Part shown: one piece after another, positions 58,758 through 64,000 of the stretch
Numbering within the stretch: the stretch's first letter is position 1
Layout: the number at the start of each line of letters is the position of its first letter
Source of the DNA: an uncultured delta proteobacterium
GTDB taxonomy: Bacteria > Desulfobacterota > Desulfobacteria > Desulfobacterales > UBA5852
Direction of reading: 5' to 3'
Length of the DNA stretch: 64,000 bases
Assembly (NCBI GenBank): GCA_963850465.1
Contig: CAWKLN010000008.1
Span: forward strand, 14,313-78,312
The notes under the pieces: model-generated
Told to the model about the DNA's origin: nothing
Databases searched by the model: none
What the model saw: the letters and a program-made list of their open reading frames with translations, nothing else
Translations under genes and position numbers: made by a program

Positions 58758-58830
58758 GGGCCCATAGCTCAGCTGGCAGAGCCACCGGCTCATAACCGGT
58801 CGGTCCCTGGTTCGATCCCAGGTGGGCCCA
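58758..58830 (+). tRNA. tRNA with CAU anticodon (elongator tRNA-Met, or tRNA-Ile2 if lysidine-modified)
   Basis: A hand-folded cloverleaf of 73 nt: acceptor GGGCCCA/TGGGCCC, D-arm GCTC/GAGC, anticodon stem ACCGG/CCGGT with loop CTCATAA, T-arm CCTGG-TTCGATC-CCAGG, and discriminator A. No encoded CCA. The anticodon stem lacks the three G-C pairs of an initiator tRNA. Confidence 0.9.
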
Positions 58831-58965
58831 TACAATTTTGTCATGCAGACTGCCGCGTTATACATGGTTGCGGTGAATGAGAATAGGTTGTGTTTGGCAT
58901 GAATGAGGAAAGTTGCAAAATTCTGGAGGGGACAATGATATTGTCTCCGACCGATAACCTCGAAG

Positions 58966-58999
58966 GGCGTGGTTCATTCAGGAACCGCGCCTTTTTTTT
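58966..58999 (+). terminator. Rho-independent terminator
   Basis: A 10-bp stem, GGCGTGGTTC/GAACCGCGCC (one G-U pair), with the 6-nt loop ATTCAG, followed by eight T (58992-58999). Confidence 0.75.
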
Positions 59000-59026
59000 A
59001 CCCGGAAATCGGATCGGCATGGCGTA

Positions 59027-59830
59027 ATGGATGCGACCGTCGACGACATCCTTAGGGCAATCGAAACCATTGCACCGGCAGCCTTAGCAGAGGCGGGGGA
59101 CAATATCGGCTTGCAGGTAGGATGCCGCCAATGGCCGGTTAAACGGGTGCTGACGGCGCTTGACCCGACACCGGAAGTCATACGCGAAGTGCGCAATCGT
59201 AAGGCCAATGTTCTTGTGACCCATCATCCACTGATTTTCAGGCCCCTGCATGCGCTGGATCTGGATACCCCCCTGGGGGGATTGTTGCAGGAATTATTGT
59301 GTCATCATATTGCCGTAATATCGGCCCATACGAATTTGGACAGTGTGCAGGGAGGCGTCAATGATATCCTGGCCTCATTTTTGGGGGTTGATCATCTGAC
59401 GGTTTTGCAGCCCTTGCCTGACGACGTACATTGCGGATTAGGTCGCATTGGCAACCTGGCGGCATGCACGACGCTGGCGGATCTTGCGGCAGAGATCAAG
59501 TCCCGCTTGGCGATACCGCGCATACGATTTGCCGGTGACCCACAACTCCCGGTCCAGCGCGTGGCGTTATGTTCGGGCAGTGGAGCGAGCCTGCTGAAGA
59601 CGTTTTTAGCCTCCGGAGCACAGGTATATATTACCGGCGACGTACGCTATCATGATGCACGGGAGGTCCAGGCCCACGGTCTGGGTGTGATCGATGTCGG
59701 CCATTATGAGTCGGAACATATCATTCTGGAATCGTTTTCAAAACAACTGGCGGACCAGATGGCCGCCGCCGGACTGGATATTCGCGTTGAAGCCTGTTTG
59801 AGTGAAAAGGCACCGTTTACAACGATTTGA
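59027..59830 (+). CDS. Nif3-like dinuclear metal centre protein (YbgI/GTP cyclohydrolase 1 type 2 family)
   Basis: DNIGLQVG, VLVTHHPLIF, SAHTNLD and ITGDVRYHDA. Confidence 0.88.
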   Translation: MDATVDDILRAIETIAPAALAEAGDNIGLQVGCRQWPVKRVLTALDPTPEVIREVRNRKANVLVTHHPLIFRPLHALDLDTPLGGLLQELLCHHIAVISAHTNLDSVQGGVNDILASFLGVDHLTVLQPLPDDVHCGLGRIGNLAACTTLADLAAEIKSRLAIPRIRFAGDPQLPVQRVALCSGSGASLLKTFLASGAQVYITGDVRYHDAREVQAHGLGVIDVGHYESEHIILESFSKQLADQMAAAGLDIRVEACLSEKAPFTTI

Positions 59831-59985
59831 TGCCGGTCCATAGCGTGTTTGCGTTAACCTTTTTTTGCGGGTGGAACGGTAATCTGAATTGAATAATTGA
59901 CCCGTGCGATCAGCACCGCCAATCGACGGTTGCTACCGGGCGAATGCCCCGCGGATATGCCATCTTAAGGAGTGCCTGAGAGACC

Positions 59986-60708
59986 ATGACAGAAATTACC
60001 CGAGCACAGCTGGAAACCCTTTTGAGCCTTCAACAGATTGAGATACAGAAAACGGAGGTACAGAAAAGCCTCGATGCGGTGGCTAAAAAAATTGCCGATC
60101 TAGATCAAGAACTAAAAATATCTTCAAAATCCATCGAGCAGGAAAGACAAACGTTTGTGGCGCTGCAGGCGCGTTACAAAGATGCTGAGGAACAGGTCCG
60201 AGTGAATACGGTATTGATCGAGAAAACCGAAGAGAAACGACGGGCCGTCAAAACCAATCGGGAATACCAGTCACTCCTCAAGGAGGAAGAACAGCTGCGG
60301 GCGCGCAAATCGCAAATCGAGGATGAAATGCTGGAGTGCATGTCTGAGACAGAAACTCTCGGCCAGAAGATCAGCGCCCAGGAGGAAGAACATCGACAGT
60401 TGGAGGACCAGGTGACCTCGGACAAGCAGACCGTGACCCAGAACGCCTCCGAAAGCGAAACCCGTTTTTCCGACTTGTCCCGCAAAGTGAAAGCGATGGA
60501 AGCCGACCTCGTTCCAGAATTGTTGAAGGCTTATAGCAAAGTCAAAAGGATGTGCCCTGACAGCAAAGCCCTGGCCCCTGTCCGCAATTCGATTTGCATG
60601 GGCTGCCATATGAATATCCCTCCCCAGATGTACAATGAGCTGCAGCGCTATGACAGCTTGAAATTGTGCCCCTTCTGTAATAGAATTCTTTACTGGGATA
60701 AATCTTGA
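59986..60708 (+). CDS. C4-type zinc-ribbon coiled-coil protein (COG1579-like)
   Basis: A long coiled coil followed by CMGCHMNIPPQ...CPFCNRILYW. This is the usual partner gene downstream of NIF3. Confidence 0.85.
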   Translation: MTEITRAQLETLLSLQQIEIQKTEVQKSLDAVAKKIADLDQELKISSKSIEQERQTFVALQARYKDAEEQVRVNTVLIEKTEEKRRAVKTNREYQSLLKEEEQLRARKSQIEDEMLECMSETETLGQKISAQEEEHRQLEDQVTSDKQTVTQNASESETRFSDLSRKVKAMEADLVPELLKAYSKVKRMCPDSKALAPVRNSICMGCHMNIPPQMYNELQRYDSLKLCPFCNRILYWDKS

Positions 60709-60742
60709 AAAATACCGTATAACACGGTTATCCAATGTGCGG

Positions 60743-61147
<405 letters not shown>

Positions 61148-61239
61148 TTAACTTCAACATGGAAGATGCGTCGCTAAGGGTCCCTCCCACATCAAATTCC
61201 CGGCGGCCGATTTCAATTCAACCCCGATAGTGTGAACCG

Positions 61240-62547
61240 ATGAAAGATACAAAAGAAAAAAGCATATCGTACCAGGAGAAGGTGCGCATTTTTTCCCATG
61301 ACTATCTGCGCTGTTGCGAATATATTATCTCATCCAAGGGTGCCCGTCATTTTTTCACTAAAAAGCTTTATTCCAAACTGATCGGTACGACACAGTTGAT
61401 GGAAGATTTTCTCGACTTCCACGGAGCGAAGAACAATAACAACTGGTACTACTATCGTGAACTGACGGCGACGGTGCGCCATCTCAGCCTGGGTGCTTAT
61501 TCGCAGAAGCACATCAGCAACCGTTTGGTTTACTATGATCTTCAGGATTCCGAAAAATTCGAGATTCAGGGCGAGCGTATGCTTGACTTTCTGAATGATT
61601 GCCTGTGTCGACTGGCGCCGGTCATCATTGCCGAGGCTGAACGGTTGGATATCCCGGCCCCTGGCAAAGGATTCGACCCCGCCAAGTTCCCCAGCATCAC
61701 GTCAACCGACTTGCTGGATTATGACATTGACGACGAAAACAAAGACCTCCAGAAGAAATATATCGTTAAGATTGCCAGTGAATTTCTGAGTATCGCCCAG
61801 AATTTCGACCAGCTTGGATTTTACGAACCGTATCCCATCGATACGCTTGCCACCATCGTGCCCACCAAGGTGAACGAAGTGGAAATCCGGCGTTTTGAGA
61901 TGTTGGTTCATAATTTGCAGTCGTCTTTTGACTCCTATGTCATTCAGGGTGGCTACCGGTTCGGCAACCGCAAACTCAAACAGTTGCGCAGTTATTTTTC
62001 CGTCGTATTTCATCTGCTGCAAATGATCGGTCGCCTGCTCCACTTTTACGAACGACATCAGCACCGGACCAGTTTCAAAAACATCTATCAGCAAGTCCAG
62101 GAAAGACTTTCCAAACTGGTCGTACCGGAAGATCTTCTTGACCACACCATTAATTATGGATTGTTCTACGCCTGCCATTTTTTGACGACCGGAACCCAGC
62201 TGGCGCGGGAGATTCTCAATGAAAACATCGAACGGGGTTCCATCACCGTTGGGATTCCGGTGAAGCTTGGCTTTCATAGCCGTCCCAGCTTGCTTGTGGC
62301 TAAAATCGTCCAACATTTTGGTGGTCAGGTGGAGTTGTGTATCGGACAGGACCGCTTCGACGCCAGCAGCGTGCTTGATATTCAATGGGCCGGGGGCAAG
62401 ATCAACAAGGAGAACATCAAGACGGTTGTTTTCGAGGGAGATGTGCGGGCGCTTCAGGACATTGAGATTCTGGCGGGTGTCAATTACGGTGAAGACACCA
62501 TGGGCAAGGGGGTCCCCTTGCCGAGAGAACTTCTCTATCTGCGTTGA
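61240..62547 (+). CDS. uncharacterised ~330-aa N-terminal region fused to a C-terminal HPr (PTS phosphocarrier) domain
   Basis: The last ~100 aa align to HPr: ITVGIPVKLGFHSRPSLLVAKIVQHFGGQVELC...DASSVLDIQ...VVFEGDVRALQDIEIL. The active-site His codon CAT is at 62275-62277. I recognise no motif in residues 1-330. Confidence 0.75.
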   Translation: MKDTKEKSISYQEKVRIFSHDYLRCCEYIISSKGARHFFTKKLYSKLIGTTQLMEDFLDFHGAKNNNNWYYYRELTATVRHLSLGAYSQKHISNRLVYYDLQDSEKFEIQGERMLDFLNDCLCRLAPVIIAEAERLDIPAPGKGFDPAKFPSITSTDLLDYDIDDENKDLQKKYIVKIASEFLSIAQNFDQLGFYEPYPIDTLATIVPTKVNEVEIRRFEMLVHNLQSSFDSYVIQGGYRFGNRKLKQLRSYFSVVFHLLQMIGRLLHFYERHQHRTSFKNIYQQVQERLSKLVVPEDLLDHTINYGLFYACHFLTTGTQLAREILNENIERGSITVGIPVKLGFHSRPSLLVAKIVQHFGGQVELCIGQDRFDASSVLDIQWAGGKINKENIKTVVFEGDVRALQDIEILAGVNYGEDTMGKGVPLPRELLYLR

Positions 62548-62643
62548 TCCCCTTCGGAAAGGATGCTGCCCGGCCGACGTGTCGTCGGGCATAACGACGC
62601 TAGTCGATTTTTTGCACCATCCATTTTTCCAGCAAGAATCACT

Positions 62644-63351
62644 ATGAATTCAGCCATCATTGTAGCCGCCGGGCAGGGTCTTCGGATGGGCGGATCGGTC
62701 CGTAAACCGTATCTAATGCTGGCGGGCGCACCGATTCTGGGCCGCACCCTTGCCGTTTTTGCGCAAAGCGGCTTTTTTGAAGAAATCATCGTCGTCGTTG
62801 CGGCGACCGATAGGGAATATTGCCGACGGCAGGTCGTCGAGGGCCTGCAGACAAAGCAGGCGATTCGCATTATTGCCGGTGGCCGGGAACGCCAGGAAAG
62901 CGTGTTTAAGGCACTTGAGGCGAGCAGCGGGCAGGACGATGATGTGGTCCTGATTCACGATGGGGTTCGGCCGTTTGTTTCCGCCGATGATCTGGCGCGC
63001 TGCCTCGAAGCCGTGGAAAGACACGGCGCCTGCATTGCCGCCGTTCCGGCAAGCGACACCCTCAAAGCGGTCGATCCGGACGGGTGTGTTGCCCGAACGT
63101 TGCCACGCGAGACCATCTGGCAGGCCCAGACGCCCCAGGGATTTCGGTTGGGACTGATTCGGGAGGCCCACCGCCGGGCCCGCGAAGACGCGTTTGTCGG
63201 TACCGATGATGCCCAACTGGTGGAACGCCTGGGACACACAGTGAGGATCGTCCCGGGCAGCCGGGTGAACATCAAAATTACGACACCGGAGGATTTACCC
63301 TTGGCGGAAGCAATTTTGCGGCATGCGCGAAACGTCTCCCAAAGGGGATAA
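62644..63351 (+). CDS. ispD: 2-C-methyl-D-erythritol 4-phosphate cytidylyltransferase
   Basis: AIIVAAGQGLRMGGSVRKPYL, VLIHDGVRPF, QTPQGF and VNIKITTPEDL. The ATG at 62644 is preferred over the longer ORF. Confidence 0.92.
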   Translation: MNSAIIVAAGQGLRMGGSVRKPYLMLAGAPILGRTLAVFAQSGFFEEIIVVVAATDREYCRRQVVEGLQTKQAIRIIAGGRERQESVFKALEASSGQDDDVVLIHDGVRPFVSADDLARCLEAVERHGACIAAVPASDTLKAVDPDGCVARTLPRETIWQAQTPQGFRLGLIREAHRRAREDAFVGTDDAQLVERLGHTVRIVPGSRVNIKITTPEDLPLAEAILRHARNVSQRG

Positions 63352-63372
63352 GCGCGGTGATGCCCCTCCCTT

Positions 63373-63837
63373 TTAACGACCAATGGCGGCCACCGGATCG
63401 ATGGCGCTTAAACATTCCCAAACAAGCGATGACACTGCCGGAAGCGCCTGCTGAACTTCCCATGAGAAGGATGTTCCCAGCTCGAACCGGCTACCCACCA
63501 CCGAGCACATAAATGCCTCCGGTACGCTTCCATAGATCCACTGGCTGAGTGCCAGAAGTATTTTCGGCGACAGGGCGTGCCCAATCGCCCGAAGCGGCCC
63601 TTCCGCCGGAACGACGCGGCAGCATGAAACTTCCCCGGGACATCCGCCTGCGCGGGCGTCAACAAACACGACCCGCGCCGCCCGACTGACCGGCTCGGCC
63701 AATTCGGGCGTCAATTGCTGCCGGACCTCGATTTGGACGCACCGCGGGACGACCTTTTTCTCAATCATTTTAGCGATTTTCCATCCTACACCGTCGTCCC
63801 TGCGAAGCGGGTTGCCATAGGCAATTACCAGAATCAT
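63373..63837 (-). CDS. hydrogenase maturation protease (HybD/HoxM family)
   Basis: MILVIAYGNPLRRDDGVGWKIA and FVDA. It lies 25 nt downstream of a [NiFe] large-subunit 3' end. Confidence 0.85.
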   Translation of the reverse strand: MILVIAYGNPLRRDDGVGWKIAKMIEKKVVPRCVQIEVRQQLTPELAEPVSRAARVVFVDARAGGCPGEVSCCRVVPAEGPLRAIGHALSPKILLALSQWIYGSVPEAFMCSVVGSRFELGTSFSWEVQQALPAVSSLVWECLSAIDPVAAIGR

Positions 63838-63862
63838 GCGACAGCCCTCCGAAACCCGCTTT

Positions 63863-64000
63863 TCAATAGGTGCGTTCATGGAGCAGGCGGCCGTCCGCAC
63901 CGAAGATCTGCAACGTGGCCCATGGTCGGTCCCAGGCGTGCGTGGAGCAGCTCAGACAGGGGTCGAAGGCGCGAATTACCGCCTCAATCCGGTTCAGGGC
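63863..64000 (-). CDS. [NiFe] hydrogenase large subunit, C-terminal end only (rest outside window)
   Basis: My own translation of the minus strand gives ...RAFDPCLSCSTHAWDRPWATLQIFGADGRLLHERTY*. This contains the DPCxxCxxH Ni-binding and cleavage motif followed by a 24-aa C-terminal extension. Confidence 0.8.
   Translation of the reverse strand, partial: ALNRIEAVIRAFDPCLSCSTHAWDRPWATLQIFGADGRLLHERTY

Noticed and set aside
58899-59030. 43-codon ORF between the tRNA and the NIF3-like gene
   Set aside because: It runs straight through the terminator hairpin and T-run and has no RBS, so it is most likely non-coding.
61702-62592. 296-aa minus-strand ORF antisense to the HPr-fusion gene
   Set aside because: Only the + strand gives the HPr signature (GFHSRPS...) and a continuous 435-codon frame with an ATG start. 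The antisense ORF has no motif.

Overview
This is a GC-rich bacterial chromosomal window. The gene content suggests a Desulfobacterota or delta-proteobacterial type organism: many sigma-54 activators, a DUF4911-miaB pair, and a [NiFe] hydrogenase with its maturation protease. That assignment is inference only. Most of the window is housekeeping: hisC', cmk, rpsA, sppA, tsaC, guaB, dnaE, recJ, miaB, aspartate kinase, glyA, hisB, hisA, dnaG, rpoD, tRNA-Met(CAU), RNase P RNA and ispD. The one large accessory block is a roughly 17-kb minus-strand type IV pilus cluster (10.6-27.5 kb) resembling the MSHA system. It runs PilM-N fusion, PilO, PilP/MshK-like, secretin, ExeA/MshM-like ATPase, MshE-type ATPase, platform protein, an embedded membrane-anchored sigma-54 activator, two tandem cysteine-free pilins, three minor pilins, a 612-aa PilX-like protein and a PilT-like ATPase. 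I found no CRISPR array, transposase, integrase, prophage or recognisable defence or toxin genes. The most unusual single gene is a 435-aa protein (61240-62547) that joins an unrecognised ~330-aa N-terminal region to a C-terminal HPr phosphocarrier domain with its histidine intact; the sampled lines of this gene are more AT-rich than a sampled line of flanking ispD. Other items worth a second look:
- a sensor-less PspF-like sigma-54 activator next to an orphan receiver protein;
- candidate sigma-54 promoters upstream of the major pilin and of a small zinc-ribbon ORF;
- tandem MshEN-type c-di-GMP-binding motifs in the pilus ATPase;
- a Lys/Ala-rich ~160-aa N-terminal extension on RpoD.
Three genes (the secretin, an OmpA-like lipoprotein and essential rpoD) each carry an apparent single-nucleotide frameshift. 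That pattern points to assembly indel errors rather than biology and should be checked against reads. All homology calls come from motif recognition by eye, with no searches run. Start codons are often uncertain.
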